Below, piece after piece: positions 31,342-39,168 of a stretch of DNA of 64,000 nucleotides (positions are counted from its first letter, which is position 1; every line of letters begins with the position of its first letter). The DNA is from Candidatus Kapaibacterium sp. GTDB taxonomy: Bacteria; Bacteroidota; Ignavibacteria; Kapaibacteriales; UBA2268. The notes beneath the pieces are model-generated. The model was not told the DNA's origin and ran no database searches. It was given only the letters and a program-made list of their open reading frames with translations. Location: assembly GCA_963665665.1 (NCBI GenBank), contig OY762428.1, positions 1,536,001 to 1,600,000 of the forward strand, given 5' to 3'. The translations under genes were made by a program, and so were the position numbers.

Positions 31342-31471
31342 GAGCTGTCTCATTATTCAAAAATTTTTGCTTTTTGTCATTCTGAGCGCAGTGAAGAATC
31401 CAGTATTAATGCGGGTTATGGACTCTTCGCTACGCTCAGAGTGACAGCATTACAAGCTTATGAGTCAGCCC
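31342..31471. mobile_element. MITE-like element with internal REP hairpin
   Basis: Imperfect terminal inverted repeats GAGCTGTCTCATTA / TTATGAGTCAGCCC enclosing a TGTCATTCTGAGCG...GAAGAATCC / GGACTCTTC...CGCTCAGAGTGACA palindrome (31375-31446). Confidence 0.6.
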
Positions 31472-31472
31472 A

Positions 31473-31523
31473 ATCTTCTCTGTATTTTAAAGACACATGA
31501 AACGGAAAAAGGTCTCAGAGAGA
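31473..31523. repeat. 51-bp direct repeat, copy 2 (putative promoter of the GLUG-like gene)
   Basis: TGAGAC-N16-TGTC on the minus strand (31517-31492); 47/51 identical to 29396-29446. Confidence 0.8.
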
Positions 31524-31790
31524 ATTATATTTTTTAGAAACTCTTTAAAATTTGAAATTTTTAATTGATAACAACGATTAATAGTTAACAAAGTATTATT
31601 TCACAATATATTACAGGAAATTACCAGGAAGTTCATATTGCAGAAAATGATCGAATTGGCCAGAAATTTCCCAATTAGTTAATTTCAATAAAAAAAATTA
31701 TATTACGTGTGAGAATATAGCAGGCAGATGTTAAAGAACTTACAGCCAATCAATAAGAAGGCTGGCTTTTGTTAATAAAATGATAAAAAT

Positions 31791-32054
31791 ATGAATAACC
31801 AAACCACAATATCGATTGATTTTCCGGCAGACATCTTTCTGGCATTGAATAAAGACGAAGTTGAAATAAAGAAGGATATCAAATTATCTTTGGCTATGCG
31901 GTTATTCCAGCAACAAAAGCTAACTATTGGCAAAGCTGCACAATTGGCTGGCCTTTCCCGTCTTGATTTTGAGACTATTCTTTCAGAAAACAGGATCCCC
32001 ATATCTCACCTTGATATCGAAGACATAGAAAGTGATATTAATAAGTTGAAATAA
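31791..32054 (+). CDS. UPF0175 family antitoxin
   Basis: LA..LFQQ.KLTIGKAA.LAGLSR..F...L signature; precedes a PIN gene. Confidence 0.88.
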   Translation: MNNQTTISIDFPADIFLALNKDEVEIKKDIKLSLAMRLFQQQKLTIGKAAQLAGLSRLDFETILSENRIPISHLDIEDIESDINKLK

Positions 32055-32055
32055 T

Positions 32056-32550
32056 ATGAAAAACAAGCTGGTAATAGCTGATTCAGGGCCAATTTTTTCA
32101 TTATTAATAATTGGCAGGTTAGATTTATTATTAAAACTTTTTGAAGAAATAAGGATTCCGAGAGCAGTTTGGGAGGAAATTACACGAGATGAGACGAAAG
32201 ATTTCTATAATCAAATAATAGATTTTTTCCATGATAAGATTCAGGATATAAACAGTTTTAATGATTTATCCTTTATAATGGACTATGGTGAATCGGAATC
32301 AGTTATACTCTATAATGAATTACAAGCTGATTTCCTGCTAATTGACGATAAAAAAGCAAGGAAAATTGCTGAAAATTTTAATATAAATTGTATCGGAACA
32401 ATTGGACTATTATCTGTTTCAAAAGAAAAAGGTTTTATCAGTAAGTTGAAACCAATATTTGAGATATTACTTTCAAATAACAGATATTATTCATTGGATT
32501 TGCTTAATTGCATTTTAGAAAAATATAATGAGGATTTAATATTCATATAA
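32056..32550 (+). CDS. DUF3368-type PIN-domain toxin
   Basis: VIADSGP, IP.AVW.E, MDYGESE.., LLIDDKKAR, GTIGLL. Confidence 0.88.
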   Translation: MKNKLVIADSGPIFSLLIIGRLDLLLKLFEEIRIPRAVWEEITRDETKDFYNQIIDFFHDKIQDINSFNDLSFIMDYGESESVILYNELQADFLLIDDKKARKIAENFNINCIGTIGLLSVSKEKGFISKLKPIFEILLSNNRYYSLDLLNCILEKYNEDLIFI

Positions 32551-32672
32551 GAATTCAATATTTTCTGGCATTATAAAATATTACGGGCCGTCATCCTGAT
32601 ATTACTCAGAGTGTGGCCCGTGTTTGCTTTAGGTTCCTGTTACCTGAAATAAATTTCTGCTGGAATCAGAAG

Positions 32673-33182
32673 TTAATCATCATCTTCTTCGTTCTCGTCA
32701 TTATCATTTTCCTCTTCCCGGCTGATTTTAGTTCCGTCATCTTTAATCAGAACTTCCAGTTCTTTATCGCCGCTTTCCAATTCAAATTCGTATAGATTGG
32801 TTTTTTCAGCAGTTATTATGTATTCAACTTCTTCAACCTTGTGATCGGGATATTTCTCTTTTAATACATTCATTACTGATTCGGGAACATCCTCTGCATT
32901 TATCTCTTTCTCTGTGGCAAGCCACTTGCCGTCTTTGTCAAATTCCACGCTGTATTCCACTCCTGAAATTTTAAATTCAGCTTCGTAGTCGTTTTCTTCT
33001 TTTTCCCATTCAGTATCTTCGGCTTTAGGGAATTCGCTTTTGACAAAATCTACGCTGCTTTGAGGAATGCCATCTGTATTTTCGCTATTTAAAATATTTT
33101 CGACTGATTTGTTGTCAGAGGCTTCTTTAGCTGAGCAAGAAAAAAGGAAAAGAACGGTTAAAAGGATTGCAAAGTATTTCAT
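32673..33182 (-). CDS. PepSY-like (beta-lactamase-inhibitor-like) lipoprotein
   Basis: LFSC lipobox; WEKE...YEAEF, FDKDGKW..TE.EI, VP..V...L..KYP; acidic tail. Confidence 0.8.
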   Translation of the reverse strand: MKYFAILLTVLFLFSCSAKEASDNKSVENILNSENTDGIPQSSVDFVKSEFPKAEDTEWEKEENDYEAEFKISGVEYSVEFDKDGKWLATEKEINAEDVPESVMNVLKEKYPDHKVEEVEYIITAEKTNLYEFELESGDKELEVLIKDDGTKISREEENDNDENEEDDD

Positions 33183-33302
33183 GATATACCTTCTATATGT
33201 TTATTAGTAATTTTATACAAAGTAATTAATTATTGATTTTAAAACAAAAAAAGCCCCGCAAATAATTACAGGGCCGGGAAATTTCTCTATTCAGGGAGAG
33301 AT

Positions 33303-34220
33303 TTATTTAAGGTATTTCTGGTATATTCTACCTCCGAAGCGATACCTTTTCAGGTAATTGCTCTGTGATATATGGCTGTAGACAACGCCACGCCTTTTCC
33401 ATGAGGATGCATGTGCAAACACGCCATTGCCAATATAAATACCAACATGCCCTATCCTACTTGAACGCCAGTTGGAACCAGTGAAGAATATCAGATCGCC
33501 AAATTTCAGGTCATCAACCTTTTTAATTTTATCGAAGATCCTGGCCTGATTTGCAGCGCCGGCCGGGATATGAAGCCCTATTGATTCTTCCATTACAATG
33601 GAAGTAAAGTTGGAACAGTCAACGCCTTTTCTGGATCGACCGCCCCAGGTATATCTCGTTCCGAGCCACCCTGTAATAGTTGTCATCAGTTCAGCTTTCC
33701 TCAGAATATCTTCAAATACCGGTTTGTACCAGTCAGGTTTAAGATACTCAGGCATACCGATTTCGGTAACTTTTTTCGGGCTAACCCAATATCTCTTCAT
33801 TATAAAATCCCTGTAATAGGGGTTGATAAATGAAAATGAAGAGAAAAGATCAAAACTCCAGAATTCCATTTCCGATTTGTTTATAAGGGTGTAATCCTTT
33901 GATAAAATATTAGGTTTTTCAATTGATCTCGGAGAAAAACTAAACTTTAGTTCTTTACCGAGGTCCTTGATAACGGGGCTGTTTACAGTTTTCAGAAATG
34001 ATGAGGGAGAGAATTCGGTAATATATACTTTGCTTGTATAATTGTAATATTTCGGGCAGTATTCTTTCAGAAGTGTGATAGAACGCTCTATCTTACTTTT
34101 TTTGGTATAGCTTTTTCTTGCAGAAACAACACTGACATCAGCAAGAATAAACAATATTGTAATTATAATCAAAAGCGGGTATATAATTCTATTTTTATCA
34201 GTCATAACAGAGTTTTCCAA
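33303..34220 (-). CDS. NlpC/P60 (C40) peptidoglycan peptidase
   Basis: WLGTRYTWGG, GVDCS, GDLIFF, HVGIYIG, FAHAS. Confidence 0.92.
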   Translation of the reverse strand: MENSVMTDKNRIIYPLLIIITILFILADVSVVSARKSYTKKSKIERSITLLKEYCPKYYNYTSKVYITEFSPSSFLKTVNSPVIKDLGKELKFSFSPRSIEKPNILSKDYTLINKSEMEFWSFDLFSSFSFINPYYRDFIMKRYWVSPKKVTEIGMPEYLKPDWYKPVFEDILRKAELMTTITGWLGTRYTWGGRSRKGVDCSNFTSIVMEESIGLHIPAGAANQARIFDKIKKVDDLKFGDLIFFTGSNWRSSRIGHVGIYIGNGVFAHASSWKRRGVVYSHISQSNYLKRYRFGGRIYQKYLK

Positions 34221-34389
34221 TATTCAACAAAGTACAGGTTACAAATGTATGCAAACAATACATAAATACCAATTATTGATTGTTAATGAAATATTAAGAA
34301 TCTGATATCAGAAAACCGGGGATTTCTAATTGAATTTTTGGATCAAAGAATGAGTTTTTTCACGAATAAAAAAAAATCAGAACATAATA

Positions 34390-34416
34390 TTAAACTTTCA
34401 GCAAAGAACATCCGTC
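34390..34416 (+). promoter_or_regulatory. Putative ECF-sigma promoter
   Basis: TTAAAC-N17-CGTC 24 bp upstream of the TonB receptor start. Confidence 0.35.
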
Positions 34417-34440
34417 AATTGGATTATTGTTAAATTGTGA

Positions 34441-36714
34441 ATGAAAATTATGAAGCTGTTATTCTTATTTTTTTTGATATTTATATTCTCCAGTAGCTTG
34501 TATGCTGCGTCCATCAACGGATTTGTTACGGATGAAAAATCAGGAGAAACTATTGTCGGGGCAACTATCTACCTGAAAGGTACAAAATTCGGGGCCTATA
34601 CCAACAAGGCCGGATATTATTCTATAAACGGAATCCCTGCCGGAAACTACGAAATAAACGTATCATCGATCGGATATAAAAAATATTCAGAAAATATCAA
34701 ATTGACAGCCAACCAAAGTTTAAGGAAGAAGATAATCCTAGAGCCAAATGATATTTATACTGATGAAGTAAGAGTAGAAGCAGACCGCGAAGCTGATAAA
34801 AATGAAATAATTATCAGCCGTGTGGATATACCAATGCGGGAAATCAAAAAAATCAGAATCGGAGGCGAAGCTGATATTTTCCGTTCTATCCAGTTCCTGC
34901 CCGGTATTCTGACATCTTCGCAGATATCAAGCGGCCTGTTCGTCAGGGGTGGTTCGCCCGACCAGAACCTTGTTCTGCTGGACGGCTCGACTGTTTATAA
35001 TCCTACCCACCTTTTTGGATTTATTTCAACATTCAATCCCGAAGCAATAAAGGATGTTGAGCTGATCAAAGGCGGTTTCCCTGCCGAGTATGGTGGAAGG
35101 CTCTCGGCTGTTCTGAATATTACTCAAAAAGACGGTAACAAAAATAATTATGACGGAATGGCAAGTATAGGGGTAATTTCTTCTCGAGCATCGGTTGAAG
35201 GCCCGCTTGGGAACGGCTCTTTTTTCCTCGGAGGCAGGCGTACATATTTTGAACTTGTTAAAGCATTTATACCTGATGATCCGGAAAGCCCGTTGCCTGA
35301 TTTCAATTTCTATGATGTTAACGCCAAGGTAAGTCAGCAATTCGGAAGAAATGATAAATTCTTCGCCAGTGGTTTCGTTTCGGCTGATAATCTCAGCTAT
35401 GGAAGCTATGGAATTGACGTTGGCCTGGGAATAGGAAACAGATCCGGCGCACTTAAATGGACACATATTTTTGGTGATAACCTCTTTTCCGACCTCAATG
35501 TATCCGCATCGCATTATAACAATTCTCTCGACGGAGGACAATCAGGTTTCAATTTCGCTTTTGAAAATACAATAACTGATTATACTATCAAAAATACAGT
35601 TGAGTGGTTTACATCCGACAGAATAACCCATAAATTCGGATTCGAAACTGTTTTTTATAATTACGGTTACTTTTCCAATTTTTCAGGGGACGAAGATTCA
35701 ACTGCCAGCTCTTCATCAAATGAATCAGGTATGATCAACCTGAATGTAAAGGATGTTTCTCACAGCGGATTTGTACAGGTGAACTGGAAACCAATGGACA
35801 TAATATCACTCCAGGCCGGCTTACGGGGCAATTACTGGAAATTGCGTAATGAATTCAATTTAAACCCAAGGTTAGCAATAAGATACCAGCTAAATGGACA
35901 GGTTGCCCTTAAAGCAGCATGGGGAATGTTCAGCCAGAATCTGCGCCTTGCTTCACAACCTGATTTCTCATTCTTTGATACATGGCTGCCAACAGATTCT
36001 ACCCTGCCGATAAGCAAAGCACAGCATTTTGTTTTCAGTGTGGAGACAAAGCCCTATGATGAGTTCAGTCTTAATTTTGATACCTATTACAAAAAACTTA
36101 ATAATATCAGTGAGATAAACAGATACCTGCTTGATGCCGAAACAAGCAGTGACGTTTTTTTCATTGGGGATGCTAACGCTTATGGAGCAGAAGTATTCCT
36201 GCAAAAGAAAACAGGCAAACTAACAGGTTGGTTCGGATACGCTCTGGGATTCATATATGCGAAATTCGACAGTATCAACGGCGGAAAAGAATTTCGGCCC
36301 AAGTATGACCGCCGTCACGACCTGAAACTGGTTGTTAATTATCATTACAATGACAGCTGGGACTTTGGGATGAGTTTTACATTTCAGTCCGGCCAGTCTT
36401 ATACCGGGGCCACATCCCGTTTCCAGATAAGAATGCCGGAGATGACCACAGGCCGTGGAGTATTGATACCTTCGGAAAGATACGGGCTAAGGTTGCCGCC
36501 GTCCCATCAGCTGAACATGAATGCTGCCTATTCATTTAAAATGTATGGTTTCCCTGCCAAAGTAATTTTGGATGTTTTCAACGTGTATAACCGCAGGGAT
36601 ATATGGTTCAGATATTATGACACCAAAACTGATGAAACTAAGGTAGAAGACGTAAGGCTACTCCCAATCCTTCCCACACTCTCATTTGAAATTAAATTCT
36701 CGGAGGCAAAGTAA
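34441..36714 (+). CDS. TonB-dependent receptor with carboxypeptidase-regulatory-like N-terminal domain
   Basis: G.VTD.KSGE...GA, LPG, VRGGSPDQN...LDG..VYN, KGGFPAEYGGRLS, YDRRH, NVYNR. Confidence 0.93.
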   Translation: MKIMKLLFLFFLIFIFSSSLYAASINGFVTDEKSGETIVGATIYLKGTKFGAYTNKAGYYSINGIPAGNYEINVSSIGYKKYSENIKLTANQSLRKKIILEPNDIYTDEVRVEADREADKNEIIISRVDIPMREIKKIRIGGEADIFRSIQFLPGILTSSQISSGLFVRGGSPDQNLVLLDGSTVYNPTHLFGFISTFNPEAIKDVELIKGGFPAEYGGRLSAVLNITQKDGNKNNYDGMASIGVISSRASVEGPLGNGSFFLGGRRTYFELVKAFIPDDPESPLPDFNFYDVNAKVSQQFGRNDKFFASGFVSADNLSYGSYGIDVGLGIGNRSGALKWTHIFGDNLFSDLNVSASHYNNSLDGGQSGFNFAFENTITDYTIKNTVEWFTSDRITHKFGFETVFYNYGYFSNFSGDEDSTASSSSNESGMINLNVKDVSHSGFVQVNWKPMDIISLQAGLRGNYWKLRNEFNLNPRLAIRYQLNGQVALKAAWGMFSQNLRLASQPDFSFFDTWLPTDSTLPISKAQHFVFSVETKPYDEFSLNFDTYYKKLNNISEINRYLLDAETSSDVFFIGDANAYGAEVFLQKKTGKLTGWFGYALGFIYAKFDSINGGKEFRPKYDRRHDLKLVVNYHYNDSWDFGMSFTFQSGQSYTGATSRFQIRMPEMTTGRGVLIPSERYGLRLPPSHQLNMNAAYSFKMYGFPAKVILDVFNVYNRRDIWFRYYDTKTDETKVEDVRLLPILPTLSFEIKFSEAK

Positions 36715-37577
36715 TGAATTTTAAATTGGCCATTATACTGTTAATAATTGTATCAGCAATTATATCCTGCGAGGATACTCCGCCCGAAAATTATATTCCG
36801 CAAACCTATGTTGAGGGTTTCTTGCTTGTCGATCAACCGATAGAAGGAATAAGATTATTTACAACACAGTCCGTAAGCGATTCTTTTAATTACTCAGAAA
36901 GTATAATCAGAAATGCCGAAGTCAGAATTATTGATGAAAACGGGAATCTCTATGACCTACAATTCCGTGACAGTATTAATGATTATTTCTATCCGGGCAA
37001 CGAAACAGTACTGCCAAAAACTAAATATAAACTGGAAATCGATCCCGGAGACGGGAACCTGATTACCGGGGAGACTATAACACCTCAACGATTTGAATGG
37101 GTTGAAAGTCCGAAAGATATTATTCACTATCCCAAGGATACTCTTGCTCTTGATGAAGTGGATTCCCTGGGTATATCATGGAACAATTCAGCAGGGACTC
37201 TCTGGTATATGATCCAGGTGAAATGCCTCGATACCCTTGATTACGGCATATATTTAAACGATATTGACGATGAAGAACTTAACAGGAGAATTGAAAGGCC
37301 GTTCGGACAGAATTCCAGGTACTGGACTGATCCGTCCCGCTATGTCGGGCCGTTGGCAAATACCGAACTTCCCACGGTGTGGAATACTTTCAAGTGGTAT
37401 GGTAAACATGAACTAAAGATATATGCCCCGGACTTTAACATGCTCAGGTGGTTTATTCACATGCAGCGTGCATCTTATTACGAACCTTTGCTGGGGAGCA
37501 TTGAAGGAGCAATAGGAGTTTTCGGGTCTGCATCGCTTATCAGTGATGAGTTCTTCCTGATAAAGAATCAGAAGTAG
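36714..37577 (+). CDS. DUF4249-like lipoprotein partner of the TonB receptor
   Basis: IISCED lipobox, VEG.L, A.V.I.DE.G, IEGAIGVFG; translational coupling. Confidence 0.75.
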   Translation: MNFKLAIILLIIVSAIISCEDTPPENYIPQTYVEGFLLVDQPIEGIRLFTTQSVSDSFNYSESIIRNAEVRIIDENGNLYDLQFRDSINDYFYPGNETVLPKTKYKLEIDPGDGNLITGETITPQRFEWVESPKDIIHYPKDTLALDEVDSLGISWNNSAGTLWYMIQVKCLDTLDYGIYLNDIDDEELNRRIERPFGQNSRYWTDPSRYVGPLANTELPTVWNTFKWYGKHELKIYAPDFNMLRWFIHMQRASYYEPLLGSIEGAIGVFGSASLISDEFFLIKNQK

Positions 37578-38018
37578 CTGATACCATATATTATAATATA
37601 TTTTACAATTTTTTCAATTACTCAGGTATTTAACTACAAACCTGATTTTGTTATGATCAGATATATCCATGATATTCAACCTGAGGCGTTAACACGGATC
37701 AGTTTTTAAAAGTTGGGGATTAAATGCTGAATTGCAAGATTATACTCTCTGAAACCTGATACATATTGTGACTTAGTTATCTCTACTCCCATCCGACAGA
37801 ATTTCTGTGCAAATTGATCATCAGGTTTGCCGGGCATAGCAAACTTCAATGTTTTTCAACTGAATATTTTCATCGCCATAACGAATTCCGCTACTTTTCT
37901 ATTAAAACATCAATTGATCAAGGAGATCGAACGGACAAATAGAACGAAATTCTTTATCAAAAAAGTGAAATTCTGTGTTTTCTGAGTAAAAATTTACCTG
38001 AAAAAGTGTTTTTGGAAG

Positions 38019-38232
38019 CACAAACCAACGCTAAGATGACACGAACCAAGCCTAAGACGGCACGAACCAACGTTAAGACGGCATGAACCAAGCCTAAGAC
38101 GGCACGAACCAACGTTAAGACGGCATGAACCAATGCTAAGACGACATGAACCAAGCCTAAGACGGCACGAACCAAGCCTAAGACGGCACAAACCAACGCT
38201 AAGATGACATATCCCAACGCTAAGATGACATA
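38019..38232. repeat. 21-bp tandem array A, 10 units (CAYRAACCAANNYTAAGAYGR)
   Basis: Units counted directly; period exactly 21 with no indels. Confidence 0.95.
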
Positions 38233-38248
38233 AATCAGCGATAATCAG

Positions 38249-38521
38249 GCTTGGGGGAACGCTCGGAAAGCTTGGGGGAACGCTCGGAAAGCTTGGGGGA
38301 ACGCTCGGAAAGCTTGGGGGAACGCTCGGAAAGCATGGGGGAACGCTCCGAAAGCTCTGGGGAACGCTCGGCAGGGTCGGGGGATCGCTCGGAAAGCTTG
38401 GGGGAACGCTCGACAGGCACGGGTGAACGCTCGACAGGCACGGGGGAACGCTCGGCAGGCACGGGGGAACGCTCGGCAGGGTCGGGGGAATGCTCGGCAG
38501 GCACGGGGGAACGCTCGGAAC
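38249..38521. repeat. 21-bp tandem array B, 13 units (GCTTGGGGGAACGCTCGGAAA and variants)
   Basis: Units counted directly; near-constant GGGGAACGCTCG core with a variable 9-bp segment. Confidence 0.95.
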
Positions 38522-39168
38522 GCTCAGAAAAAGGGATTTTGGCTGTAAAAAATCGTTTCAGAAGGATGTATAAAAGGCATTAATATCAATAATATCAGTC
38601 AATTACGAGGACGGATAGTAAATAAGTAAAAATTCGACAGGAATATGATCCGGATAGTTGAAAATCAATTGCATTCAGGGAATAATTTCTCCAAATTATG
38701 CGTTTTAAAGCCCCCGGGAAAGAATAAAATTCTTCGGCAGTGGCAGAATCGAAATAAAGAATACACTTGTTTCTATGATAAAATCATGAAGAATAGATTC
38801 TTTACTTCTTTCAGGGTGAAATTTTACGGCTTTATCTGCTACTAACAGTAGATGTGTCTCCGGCAGTGATCTTTTCTTATTAAGAATAATGAAACTTTTT
38901 GCTTAGTCCCCAGTTTTGGATGTGAGGCGTTAACACACATGTTGCCGGAAATCAATTTTAAAACAGAATTTTTTGATAATTTAGTAAGTGAACTACTCTG
39001 TTTTTCAACGAAGTAGTTGCCGTCACAGTTGCCGAAATCATCAGGACTATCAATTTTATTGAAAAATTTTTTACAATATTATTTCAATATGATCGAATCC
39101 TATCGAAAGGTTTGTCAGTTTTAGGAAGAATTTTATAGAGAAAACATATAACCACGTTTTGGGAGTTT

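Larger units (their letters stand above)
37682..38936. mobile_element. Possible non-autonomous element bounded by a 14-bp direct repeat and imperfect inverted repeats
   Basis: TGAGGCGTTAACAC at 37682-37695 and 38923-38936; AAAGTTGGGGATTAA (37709-37723) vs TTAGTCCCCAGTTTT (38903-38917) match 12/15 as an inverted repeat. Confidence 0.4.

Noticed and set aside
38019-38521. CRISPR or TIGR-like guide array
   Set aside because: Units are contiguous 21-mers whose variable positions reuse a few alleles; there are no unique spacers and no cas/tas-like gene nearby
37957-38583. Heptad-repeat ORFs (VLGLVRA, ERSPKLS, GERSESL)
   Set aside because: Open frames arise on both strands because the period is a multiple of 3; no clear RBS or synonymous bias, so they are not called as genes
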